In this document: positions 1 through 11,069 of the stretch, piece after piece | Position numbering within the stretch: position 1 is the stretch's first letter | Layout of the letters: each line of letters starts with the position of its first letter | NCBI RefSeq assembly: GCF_006345805.1 | Contig: NC_043020.1 | Coordinates: forward strand, 27,218,001-27,282,000 | Direction: 5' to 3' | From: Octopus sinensis | Lineage: Eukaryota | Length of the DNA: 64,000 bases | Position numbers and translations under genes: made by a program | The notes under the pieces: generated by a model | What the model was told of the DNA's origin: nothing | Databases searched by the model: none | Seen by the model: only the letters and a program-made list of their open reading frames with translations

Positions 1-394
1 GGTGCCACAAAAAGGTACCCAGTATACTTTGCAAAGTGGTTGGTGTTAGGAAGGACATTCAGCCATAAAAAACTTGGCCAAGTAGACAATGGGGACCAAT
101 GCAACCTTCAAGCTGGTCGGATCCTGTCAAATAGAAAACCCTTCAGCCTATGCGACACAAATCATCATCATCATCATCATCAAATGTCCGTTGTCCATGC
201 TGGCATGGGTTGGATGGTTTGACCAAGGCTGCACCAGATTCCAGTTTGATTTGGCATGGTTTCTACAGCTGGATGCCCTTCCTAATGTCAACCACTTTAC
301 AGAGTGTAATGTGTGCCATTTGCATGACACCAATATCTGTCATAACTGTGATCTTACTTGACTTGATGGGGCACACAAACACACACATATATAT

Positions 395-426
<32 letters not shown>

Positions 427-732
427 ATATACATATATACGACGGGCTTCTTTCAGTTTCCATCTACCAAATCCATTCACAAGGCTTTGGTCGGCCCGAG
501 GCTATAGTAGAAGACACTTGCCCAAGATGCCACGCAGTAGAACTGAACCCGGAACCATGTGGTTGGTAAACAAGCTACTTACCACACAGCCACTCCTGCA
601 CCTATTGGTTCATTTTTTGTTTGTGTTTTTTTTGGGTGGGAGGGTGGGGGAAAATAAAATTTTAAAAAATGACGAACCCTCACATGTTTTTGTCAGGTTT
701 ATTTCCAAAAATGTTTGAACTTTGTTATTTGT

Positions 733-1419
733 TCAGATAAAAAAGCCGAAAGTATCCCAGTCAAACCCACCCATCCTCAATTTATAGACCTGCATGGCAA
801 CGTTCCCTCCGCAGTAGTGCTTCGAATTTTCACTGCATGGTCTATTGCAGGCCAGGTCATTTCTTTGATGTCTCTTGTAGTTTGGTCGAAGGGTGGCACT
901 ACAGTAGCAGACATTACCTTTGATCACACCAGCATAAGGTTTCCTCCGAACAGCACAGAGGTAACAGCAGCGGGAAATGCTCATTTTTTCTGCTTTATTC
1001 TGTGGTAATTTTCGCCTGGCATAACTCTGCATGATGTTCTTCCTGTCGGATCTCTGTTGTGTGTTGAAAGGATAGCAACCCAGATATGCTGCCAGTGGCG
1101 TCTCCCGATTAAGCGAATAGATAAGGGCATGCAGCTGCAAGTATTGCGGCCCCCCACAGGTTTTAGCCTGGTTGGTACATGGTATGTTGCAATTATTTGA
1201 ACTTGCGCCGTGTGATGAAAGATCTGTTTCAAGCAGCTTGTCGGCACACCAGCACTGTGTCCCCAAATACAAACCAGCGAATCTTCTAAACCAGCTGTGG
1301 CAAGAATATACACACCGTTGGATGGTCATGAAATTCATGTCTATGTATAATTCGGCAAATTTATTCAGGCTGTTAGTGGTCTGGTTGAAGCATCCAACGT
1401 AGACATTACCTTCCACAGA
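733..1419 (-). CDS. Last exon of secreted WSC-domain protein (WSC domains 2 and 3, stop at 733-735)
   Basis: ORF with two WSC cysteine patterns (YVGCF...C...C...FAGL...CWC...C...C...CGG; YLGCY...CC..C...YAG...CYC...C...C...CGG). Polypyrimidine/CAG acceptor at 1420-1421 in phase 0. AATAAA about 30 nt after the stop (plus-strand tttatt 698-703). Confidence 0.85.
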   Translation of the reverse strand, partial: SVEGNVYVGCFNQTTNSLNKFAELYIDMNFMTIQRCVYSCHSWFRRFAGLYLGTQCWCADKLLETDLSSHGASSNNCNIPCTNQAKTCGGPQYLQLHALIYSLNRETPLAAYLGCYPFNTQQRSDRKNIMQSYARRKLPQNKAEKMSISRCCYLCAVRRKPYAGVIKGNVCYCSATLRPNYKRHQRNDLACNRPCSENSKHYCGGNVAMQVYKLRMGGFDWDTFGFFI

Positions 1420-1564
1420 CTGTAAATAAAGAGAAAAATAAATAAATAGAAATAACAAATACCATATATATATAGGAGAGTTTACGAAAAAAAGCAAAAG
1501 ACGAAGACAGGTGGTGTACAAAACAAACAGATGTATTAGTATAACGCTCAGGAATAGAAAAAGT

Positions 1565-1600
1565 CTTTTATGTTTCGAGCCTATGCTCTTCTACAGAAAG
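1565..1600 (-). ncRNA. Degenerate hammerhead-like motif (copies 2112-2147 and 2652-2687; relative at 12893-12928 on plus)
   Basis: CTTT-CTGTAGA-A-GAGC-ATAG-GCTC-GAAA-CA-TA-AAAG; stem I CTTT/AAAG; core position A6 is replaced by U. Confidence 0.35.
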
Positions 1601-1661
1601 GGACATAGAAAAAAACAAGGATAGAAAAAAATGTGTGTAGTAGCTAACGATCTATCATGGC

Positions 1662-1698
<37 letters not shown>

Positions 1699-1827
1699 TA
1701 GGGACAGTTTACGAAAAAAACCCAAAAGATGAAGACAGGTGATGTACAAAACTAACAGATGTATGTGTGTACCGTTGGCGATTTTTTTTCCTCTGTCTTC
1801 CCTTCTCTGGATCTTTCCTTCTCCTAT

Positions 1828-1862
1828 GTTTCCGACGAAGAGCTCCGCTCGAAATATTAAAC
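1828..1862 (+). ncRNA. Minimal hammerhead-like motif (second copy 2377-2410)
   Basis: GTTT-CCGACGA-A-GAGC-TCC-GCTC-GAAA-TA-TT-AAAC; stem I GTTT/AAAC; palindromic AATATT stem III; U4C core variant. Confidence 0.45.
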
Positions 1863-1984
1863 CCTCCTTCTTTCCTTCTTTCCTGAGCGTCCAATAATAC
1901 TATATTTGTTCCATGTCCTCACGTTGTGTTTTTTTGTGTTTTCTTGTTTGGATTAACTATATATATATATATATAATATATATA

Positions 1985-2023
<39 letters not shown>

Positions 2024-2210
2024 AGAGTTTACGAAAAAAAACAAAAGATGAAGACAGGTGGTGTACAAAACAAACAGATGTATTAGTATAACGCTCAGGA
2101 ATAGAAAAAGTCTTTTATGTTTCGAGCCTATGCTCTTCTACAGAAAGGGACATAGAAAAAAACAAGGATAGAAAAAAATGTGTGTGTAGTAGCTAACGAT
2201 CTATCATGGC

Positions 2211-2245
<35 letters not shown>

Positions 2246-2510
2246 TAGGGACAGTTTACGAAAAAAACCCAAAAGATGAAGACAGGTGATGTACAAAACT
2301 AACAGATGTATGTGTGTGTACCGTTGGCGATTTTTTTTCCTCTGTCTTCCCTTCTCTGGATCTTTCCTTCTCCTATGTTTCCGACGAAGAGCTCGCTCGA
2401 AATATTAAACCCTCCTTCTTTCCTTCTTTCCTGAGCGTCCAATAATACTATATTTGTTCCATGTCCTCACGTTGTGTTTTTTTGTGTTTTCTTGTTTGGA
2501 TTAACTATAT

Positions 2511-2552
<42 letters not shown>

Positions 2553-3645
2553 ATATATATAGGAGAGTTTACGAAAAAAAACAAAAGATGAAGACAGGTG
2601 GTGTACAAAACAAACAGATGTATTAGTATAACGCTCAGGAATAGAAAAAGTCTTTTACGCTTCGAGCCTATGCTCTTCTACAGAAAGGGACACAGAAACA
2701 AGGAGAGAAAAAAATGTGTGTAGTGGCTAACAATCTATCATACATAAATGAATGGTTTGTGTTCTTCAACTTGTAACAAAGGATACTATGTTTTTCTTAA
2801 TTTTAACCATTTATTTAGATTCCATTTGCTGAATAAATGATAGATATTTATTTTTATACATTTTAAACAAGCAACTTACTGTTTAACGAAGTTAATTAAA
2901 CAATTAGTTTTAACCAATTTTCTAATTATAAAGGAGTGGAATTGAACCAGTGTGTGTGTGTGTTAATAATATTGGCATAATGGCCCTCCCTAGACACAAC
3001 AATATTTCTCAAATACCTTTTATGGAAACGCATGAGGGATACTGTGCTGGTGCCACATTGAAAGCACACAGTACACTCTATGGAGTGGTTGGCATTAGGA
3101 AGGGCATCCAGGCATAGAAACTATGCTAAGGCAGACAACGGAGCCTTGTGTGACCCCTGGCCTTACCAGCGCCAGTCAGGCCCTCCACCCCATGCCAGCA
3201 TGGAGGACATTAAATGATGATGGTTTGTTGTCTTTTTCACGGTTCAGTCGTTTGACAGCAGCCATGCTGGAGCACCGTGTTGAAGGGTTTTAATCGATCA
3301 AATTGGCCCCAGGACTTATTGTTTTTTTAAGCCTAGGACTTATTCTATTAGTCTGTTTTGCCAAATTGTTAAATTATGGGGATGTAAACACACCAACAGT
3401 GGTTGTCAAGCAATAGTGGGCAGGACAAACAGGCAAAAAAAAAAAGACACACACATGACAGGATTCTTTTAGTTTCCATCTTCCAGATCCACTCACAAGG
3501 TTTTGGTCAGCCCAAGGATATAGTAGAAGACACTTACCCAAGGTGCCATACAGTGGGACTGAACCCAGAACCATGTGGTTGGGAAGCAAGCTACTTAGCA
3601 CCTGGCCATGCTTGTATATTCTGTATATTTATGTATATATACATA

Positions 3646-3684
<39 letters not shown>

Positions 3685-3687
3685 GCA

Positions 3688-3718
<31 letters not shown>

Positions 3719-4069
3719 ATAAAATTATTCAAAGGACATACTAAGTATGTCTACCTGCTTGAAATAACAGTCAAAACCCTTATTAAATCGCCAAAATAAA
3801 AGTTTTGACTGTTATATCAAGCAGGTAGACATACTGAGTATGTCCTTTGATTAATTTTAATCCCTCGGCTATTTTTATGGTGGCACGTAAAAATCACCCA
3901 CTACACTCATGGAATGGTTGGCATTAGGAAGGGCATCCAGCTGTAGAAACTCTGCCAGATCAGACTGGAGTCATTAATTCTGTTGTTATCATTTTAAAAA
4001 TAGTTACATGGGATTATAATAGAATTAATGACCCCTTCGTGAATTAATTTACATATATATAGTAGTAGG

Positions 4070-4385
4070 AGTACTCCGACGATGAAGGTCCCAGCTGATA
4101 CGATCAACGGAACAGCCTGCTCGTGGAATTAACGTGCAAGTGACTGAGCATTCTACAGACACGTGTACCCTTACCGTAGTTCTCAGGGAGATTCAGTGTG
4201 ACACAGAGTGTGGCAAGGCTGGCCCTTTGAAATACAGGTACTACTCATTTTTGCCAGCTGAATGGACTGGAGCAACATGAAAATAAAGTGTCTTGCTCGA
4301 GGACATAACGCGCCACCGGGAATTGAACTCACAACCTTACGATCGTGAACCAAATGCCCCTAACCACTAAGCCACGTGCCTTCAC
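4070..4385 (-). mobile_element. tRNA-derived SINE (related copies at about 56145-56500, 27420-27625 and 63449-63745)
   Basis: Head GGC(A/G)CGTGGCTTAGTGGTTAG...GTGAGTTCAATTCC with A/B boxes, followed by a body shared with other copies in the window. Confidence 0.7.
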
Positions 4386-4599
4386 AATATATATACACAT
4401 ACATATAATTTTTTGTGTGAGTAACATCTAACCATTTCAAGTTATGGAAGGTGTTCTCCTTTGTCTAACTTTCTAAATTATTAAATAGGGCCTCTAATAA
4501 CTGACTGGAATCATTCTGTCCATTTTTTTCTATTCGAAAATTAATTCTGCTCTCTTCTTTGTTTCACAGTGAATAATTAACTTTCAGGTCTATATAATA

Positions 4600-4930
4600 A
4601 TAATAATAATAATGAAATTATTGTATACAGTGCTCAGGTGCACCACAACTTGTCAGAGTATATGTAGTAATGTACAAATGTCTGGAAAGCGAACAATGCA
4701 TGAGTCAGATACATGCTTGTGTGTGTATGGAGGGGAGGAAATCAGGTGTAGTGTTGGCGGATCTCAGGAAGCATGGAAGTTTTGAAGGATGCAGTGCTCC
4801 GACAACTAACAACTGATGCTGGCAGTTTGTTCCATGCTTCAGCGACTCTCAGCGTGAAAAAATGTTTCCTAAAGTCATGGGAGCTGTGCTGTTTTCTGAC
4901 TTTGTAAATATGTCCACCGGTGTTAGATGA
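4600..4930 (-). mobile_element. CR1/L2-like LINE 3' fragment with (ATT)n tail (related copy at about 31100-31450)
   Basis: Minus strand of the 31283-31400 copy reads [29 protein letters not shown], a CR1-type RT C-terminus. Both copies end in (ATT)n. Confidence 0.65.
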
Positions 4931-5286
4931 TCAAATTTTCTGTGATAAGATTGACCAATGAGAAATTCATTGGCAAATCTAATCACTACAATACCCTGTG
5001 TGACATTAGAATATATTTAATACTGCTGGCATAATGGTGACATTCGCTTATAACTATCGTACAATGTCAGGGCAAGGAGAAAGTGACACACACAATGCAC
5101 ACGCACGCTTGCGACAGACTTCCTTCAGTTTTTCTGCCCAATCTACGTAGAAGACTTTATTTGACTCAGAGCTATAGCAGAAAACAATTGCCCAAGGTGT
5201 CACATGGTGGGATCGAACCTGGCACCATGTGCCTGGGAAGCAATCAATCTTACCACACGGCCATGCCCGATCCTGGTGGAAACAAA

Positions 5287-5520
5287 ACTGCGAGCTGGCA
5301 GAAACGTTAGCACACCGGGTGAAATGCTTATCGTAATTTCGTCTGCCGTTACGTTCTGAGTTCAAATTCTGCCGAGGTCGACTTTGCTTTTCATCGTTTC
5401 GGGGTCGATAAATTAAGTACCAGTTACGCACTGGGGTCGATGTATTCGACTTAACCCCTTTGACTGTCCTTGTTTGCCCCCTCTATGTTTAGCCCCCTGT
5501 GGTCAATAAAGAAATAAGAA
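5287..5520 (+). mobile_element. CORE-like tRNA SINE, family B (further copies at about 33290-33460 minus, 38775-38880, 39830-40030, 53260-53980 as 3 nested copies, 59220-59370)
   Basis: Recurrent motif GGCGAGCTGGCAGAAACGTTAGC...GAGTTCAAATTCCGCCGAGGTCGACTTTGCCTTTCATCC. Confidence 0.75.
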
Positions 5521-7222
5521 ACAAAACTGCCCCCGTATGCTTAGGTAGTATTCCATTATTAGTTTTCTTATTTCACTGAATGTATGGTCAGTGTGTGTGT
5601 GTGTTCGTGTTTGTGTGTATGTGTGCGTGTTGTGTGTGTGTGTGTGTATTCGTGTACGTGTGTGTATATCCGTGTGTGTGTGTGTGGTCTTCGTTTAAGT
5701 TTTATGCAGGGTACCCCACCAACCAAACACACAATGAAATAAAAATACGACGCGTGCTGTACTGTATTGGCTAAGTTGTTGCTTAGCTCCAAATCAATCC
5801 TGGTCAAGGAGATCGATAACCATAGGCATTCCATCGGTGAGCATCCAGGCAGTGCCTGCTCTCCTTCAATCTTGTCAAAGAGTAGGTGCGATTCGAAGGC
5901 GATTTGACTGCTATTTGTAGTAAATCGAGCGACTCCGTTGATGCATCTGTCCGGTTCGAGTATTCTTTGTAGTTAATTGTGCTCCGTCGTGGTAAGATTA
6001 GGTGAGGGCGATCAGAGAGGACTGGTGTAGTCCATGATGCAAAAATTGAGGACTCATGTAAGTCTGGCCTAGTCCATGCTGCAGATGGGGGTGGCCGGAT
6101 AACACTAACATCGTATATACTGGATCTAATACCCTGTTTGTAGACCTCTTCGTTTTTTGTTTTTTTTCCCCTTCTGTGGCGGGATTAACACAAGAAGAGT
6201 GTTCCAAGTGTTGGCAGGTTTACAAAGTAATTTGGTTATCAATGAGCCTTGAGTTCAGATCTTCCTCTGGAGGTGGAGAGTATGGGTGATTCTCCAGCTG
6301 GCTGGCAGGCAGACTAGGTAACAGGCTTTTCCCAAATACATTGTACGAGTTGGGTGCGGAAAAGTTTCTAGTTTCGAGCTATTTGTTCTCATTCTCAGTG
6401 GTGGACATTCGTCCACTAGAGAAAGCTGCAGTTCGCTCCAGCTCGCAATATATAAAAAAATAAGTGACAACCAGTCACTGATCTTGCATCAAACGAATCA
6501 GCTTCTTAGAAAATCTCTGTTAGAGATGAAAGCAGGAACTATACTGAGAAATTATGTTTACCGCCACTCCAACATGGCTGTCCCGTAGGAACCGACGTTA
6601 CTACTGTTTTTAACCTCTAGAGGACGCTTCCTTCAGTAGGTTAGCGATGCAGTCTGCACCCGATATATATTGCAAGCAGGGGAGCGAACCCCTACTATCT
6701 TCCCCTACCGGATGGTCTGGTGGTTCCGTCGTCGCTGGAAGGTTGATACCACCCATTGTTAATTGAGAGTCCAAGAAAACATTTTGATTTATATGTAATT
6801 GTTGCACGAAATAGCTAGGTTTCTTTCTCTAACGTTTGACATAGTTCAGCCCACACAAGGACATGTGTGATAAAATAGGTACTTTGAACGAAGTTATCTA
6901 TAAAATTAAAATTAGTTTTTAAACATCAAGTGGCTATCCAGAAGTTATCTATAAAACTAGATTTTATCTATGAAACTAGTTATTAAACATTAAATGACTA
7001 TGGGTGGTCCTCCAGAATAAAATAGTAATTAAAGAGGTCCATAGCTGAAAAAAATTGTTGCGAACCCCTGCTTTAGATGTATCTCGTATTGGTTATGTAT
7101 TGCACGAAACAGCTGCGATTCTTTCTCTAGCATTTTACAGAGTTCAACCTACACAAGTGAACGTGTGAATAACAAAATAAGAATTTTGAAAGAAGTTTCT
7201 ATAAAACTGTTTTTTAAACATC

Positions 7223-7771
7223 AAAGTATGGACTTGACAGAGCAAAAAATTGGTATGACCACAAACCTGAAGGAATCGTCGAAAATAGAAATGCAAAGAC
7301 CCTGTGGGACTTTATGATTCAGTGCGACCATGAGATAGAGAATAAGAAGCCAGACATAGTCTTAATTGAGAAAGAAAGCAAACTATGCTGGATCATAGAT
7401 ATAGCATGCCCAGCTGACAACAAGCTATGCGATAAGGAAGAAAGAAAAGTGGAAAGATATGACAGGTTAGCTTGGGAGGTTAAGCAGTTGTGGTCGATGA
7501 AAAAGGTGGTAGTGGTACCAATAATTGTCGGAGCCCTGGAAACAGTGAGCAGAAATCTCGAGAAGTACGTTGAACAAATAGGGGCTGCAATAAGGGTGAA
7601 GCACTTGCAGAAAACAGCACTGCTTGGAACCGCTCGAATACTCCGGACAGTGCTCGAAAAATAAGAGGTGCTACCTTAGTTCACTGGTAGTGAACAGCTG
7701 ACATTGTAATACATCTCCAGCGTTAGAAGCTACGCAAAGGCAATGATAATAATAATAATAATAATAATAAG
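7223..7771 (+). mobile_element. R4/Dong-like non-LTR retrotransposon 3' fragment (restriction-like endonuclease domain)
   Basis: LWDF...KPDIV...IIDIACP...K..RY..L...VPIIVGAL matches the RLE PD-D..K domain; (AAT)n tail at 7744-7770. Confidence 0.85.
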
Positions 7772-8881
7772 CAGGCAAAGAAATATCTAAGTGAATTCCA
7801 AACACAACAAATTTCAGAATTAGACCTACTGGAAACAAGCACAGAAAAAGTTAAGTATATGAAAACCCGGGTTAAAACTGCTGCCTTAGATATTCTTACT
7901 GATAAATGACAAGAAAAACCTCTCAGTGACAAATACCCAAAGAGAGCTAATAATGCCGATGTTGACAAAGCCCTTACCCATCAATGATTAGTATCTTCTG
8001 GCTTAAAATCAGAAGCAGAAGAGTTTATCATAGCAGCCCAAGATCAATACCTACCTGCAAGGAGCTACGAGGCCAACATATTAAAGAACGGCAGTAGACC
8101 AACATGTCGTGTGTGTAAACAACAAAATGGAACCGTCGATCATGTTGTCTCCATGTGCAGTCTTCTTGCGCCTACAGAATATCTCAACAGGCATGATAGA
8201 GCAGCTGAATATGTTCACTGGATAATTTGCAAAAACCTGGACTTGCCCCATGATAAAAACTGGTGGGAGCACAAACCAACTCCAGTGCTTGAAAATGATT
8301 ACATCTCACCCCTCTGAAACTTCACCGTTCAAACCGACAGAAAGATAGATGCGAATAGGCCAGACATTATATTGAAGGACAAAAACCATGCCTTCTCATC
8401 GATTTGTCTGTCCCAATTGACGTAAATGGTTTTGTCAAGACCTACCAGACACTGAGCAAGTATAAAGATCTTGAAATAGAAATCGGCAAAATGTGGAACC
8501 TCAAGACTAAAACAGTATCTGTTGTCATAGGTGCCATAGCAAAAGGGGCCAATTGCTACATAGCACAGATGCCAGGAAATCCAAAAATGGCAAATGGCAG
8601 AAATTTAAAAAATAGTGTTCATGGGAACTGCCCATATCCTACGTAAAATACTGTCTACGTAATCCCAAATGTTAAAACAAACTCATAACTATTTTATGCT
8701 TTCTTAAACATTCTATAGAACAATAATTGGTGCAAAACCAAATATATGGCACCCTAGTCATGATGCCAAATTGAACTTCTAGCTTGTCTCTTGAGGTCTC
8801 TGGGTGAAACTTGGAGCCAATTTGTACAAATACAAAGCAAAAATCAAACAGGCAATAATAATAATAATGATAATAATAATA

Positions 8882-8930
<49 letters not shown>
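7772..8930 (+). mobile_element. Second, degraded R4/Dong-like 3' fragment (CCHC knuckle + RLE)
   Basis: CRVCKQQNGTVDHVVSMC knuckle; RPDIIL..., KYKDLEIEIGKMWNLKTKTV.VVIGA; internal stops and frameshifts; (AAT)n tail. Confidence 0.85.
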
Positions 8931-9389
8931 GATGGTATAAAAGATGGGCTACAGCAAATATTCTGCTCAATACCACAGATTTGCTTGTCAGTTGTTTGAC
9001 CTTAACCAGTAGTGGCTGACGATATGTGCATCTCTGATCACGAGCAGAAGTAGTGGGGGAGCATCATAGCCATGTGTTGAGAGAGATTCTTTGGGGTTTG
9101 AATAATTCACCTTTGGAAACAGGGGTGTTTCGTTCAACATCCTTAAGCAACCCTTATTCAGGGACCTTTTGAGCGGGATGGGCTACTCAACCTGAAGAAA
9201 ATTGTAACTGGGCCCCAACTGCAAGGTCATGTGCTGTTTATCTTGATATGAGATCACCATGTCGCGCACATATGGTTGTGATGCATGTGCCTAGTGTACC
9301 CTTATCAGACGGGTAGTCATGATGGGTATACTGGGCTTCGTATATTTTACCCCAGTGTCACTTTGATGGCATGAACTGCTCTCTCACTC

Positions 9390-9432
<43 letters not shown>
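8930..9432. repeat. Unclassified ~460-bp element flanked on both sides by (AAT)n
   Basis: Moderate-GC block between (AAT)n arrays ending at about 8928 and starting at about 9390. Confidence 0.4.
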
Positions 9433-9434
<2 letters not shown>

Positions 9435-9618
9435 CTCTCTAAAATGTTCGGTTTGGCACAAGACTAGCAATTTTGAGGAGCAGGGTATAAACGATTGTAT
9501 GCCCCCTCACATACACGAAAATATGTTCACGCTTACACGGACACACTCTCACACACATGTAGACACACATGTACACATCGCCCACATTTAAACAAATAAA
9601 ATCACTTGTTTTCCTTAC

Positions 9619-10347
9619 TTTCGAAGATGGCGTCATAGTCTCATAGATCCGTACGGTATTCTTTTGGCGACATTTCGACTTCTTTGGGCTGCATATTTTC
9701 GAACAGTCGACGTTTTTAATAGCCTTCTTGGTCGGGGGTCTATTGCTTCCGCAAAAGCAAACCTTCCCATTGTACACCACGGCATACTTCAAGCCGTAAA
9801 GGCGACATCGAAACATGCAGCTTTTTTGTGATTTATTCAAAACAACTAATTGAAGATTCATTGTTTTTTTCAGTCTTCGTGAATTTGTGATTTTGAAACA
9901 ACCGATAATTCTACCGTCATTATTATTCAGAGATTCGTCGTTTGGTTTAACCCTGGCCTTATGCTTTTCGGCTTTTGCAGCTTTTTCGGCCTTCTCGGCT
10001 TTCGCAATTTTTTCGGCCATTTTGGCTTTTGCAGCTTTTTCGGCTTTTGCAGTCTTTTTAGCCTTCGCAGTTTTTACGGTCTTTTCGGCTTTTGCAGCTT
10101 TTTCGACCTTTTCGGTTTTTGCAATTTTTTCGGTTTTTTCGACTTTTACAGTTTTATCGGCCCTTTCGGCTTTTTCGATCTTCCTGGCTTTTTCGGTTTT
10201 TTCGGCCTTCTCGGCCTTTTCGGCTTTTTTTGTGCAATGACTTGGAACAAATATATCTCCGCTGATTAGTAATAGAATGATCAACTGTGTGGTTATGAAT
10301 TCACGAGAGAAGAGGTTATTATTTTTACTACTATTAATAGATATCAT
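9619..10347 (-). CDS. First exon of secreted WSC-domain protein: signal-peptide-like N-terminus, (A/T)EK repeat, WSC domain 1
   Basis: ATG at 10347; hydrophobic LIILLLISGDIFVPSHC; about 30 AEK/AAK/TEK triplets; WSC pattern IIGCF...C..RC...YA....VCFC...C...C...C. AAA|GTAAGG donor at 9619/9618 is phase 0 and matches the acceptor at 1419, giving a 471-aa product. Confidence 0.8.
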
Positions 10348-10619
10348 TTTATTTTATTTTCCCTTTTATCGTTAGTAAATTAACTTGGAATATTCGAGTA
10401 TATTTTTACATCGTTTTTTCTTTGCTTTTTTTAAAAAATATCGTTCGCGCTTTAACACTAAAAGCACTAAATCACTTATACATATTTCTTTCTTGGAAAT
10501 CACACGAGTTCTTCCCTCTGTCTTGAAGGAATTGTACCGAACGCAGACGTTAAATCTAACTTTACGCAGAAAACTTACGTGAAAAACTTTGATATTTTTA
10601 AACATTAAGACATCAGCGT

Positions 10620-10935
10620 CTTCCTCTCTCTCTTACTGTCACTCTGTCTCCTACTGCCTTTCTCTCTTTACGTCTTTCCCTCCTTTTCTCTTTTCATGGC
10701 TCTCTCTCTCCCCCTCTCTCTGTTTTCTCTGTCTATTTATCTCTGTCTTTCTGTATCCCCTCTCTTTATCTCTTCTTCTTCTTCTTATTCTTCTTCTTCT
10801 TCTTCTTCTCCTCCTCCTCCTCCTTCTTCTTCTTCTTCTCCTCCTCCTCCTCCTCCTCCTCCTTCTTCGCCTTCTACTCCGTCTCCTTCTCCACCTTCCC
10901 TTCTTCTTCTTCTTCTTCTTCTTCTTCTTCTTCAT
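10620..10935. repeat. Pyrimidine-rich (CTT)n/(CCT)n microsatellite
   Basis: Direct inspection. Confidence 0.95.
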
Positions 10936-11069
10936 GCACCGACCCCAATATTTATCAACGATGTAGGCGCAAGCATCGCTGTGTGGTTAGAAGTTTGTTT
11001 CCCAGCTATATGGTACCGGGTTCAATCCCACTGCGTAACACCTCGGTCAAGTTCTCTATGCCTGCGGGA

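Larger units (their letters stand above)
1477..2720. repeat. Tandem repeat, about 545-bp unit x2.3, built from PLE-like modules and (TA)n
   Basis: Near-identical units start at about 1477, 2021 and 2561 with only a few substitutions or indels. Each unit carries hammerhead-like motifs. Confidence 0.9.

Noticed and set aside
1420-1521. N-terminal 34 aa of ORF 733-1521 as a signal peptide
   Set aside because: It overlaps a repeat module and a polypyrimidine tract; the strong acceptor at 1420 fits splicing to the 9619 donor better.
9887-10269. Plus-strand Phe/Ser/Ala-rich ORFs (117 and 102 aa)
   Set aside because: Antisense shadows of the AEK repeat in the WSC gene.
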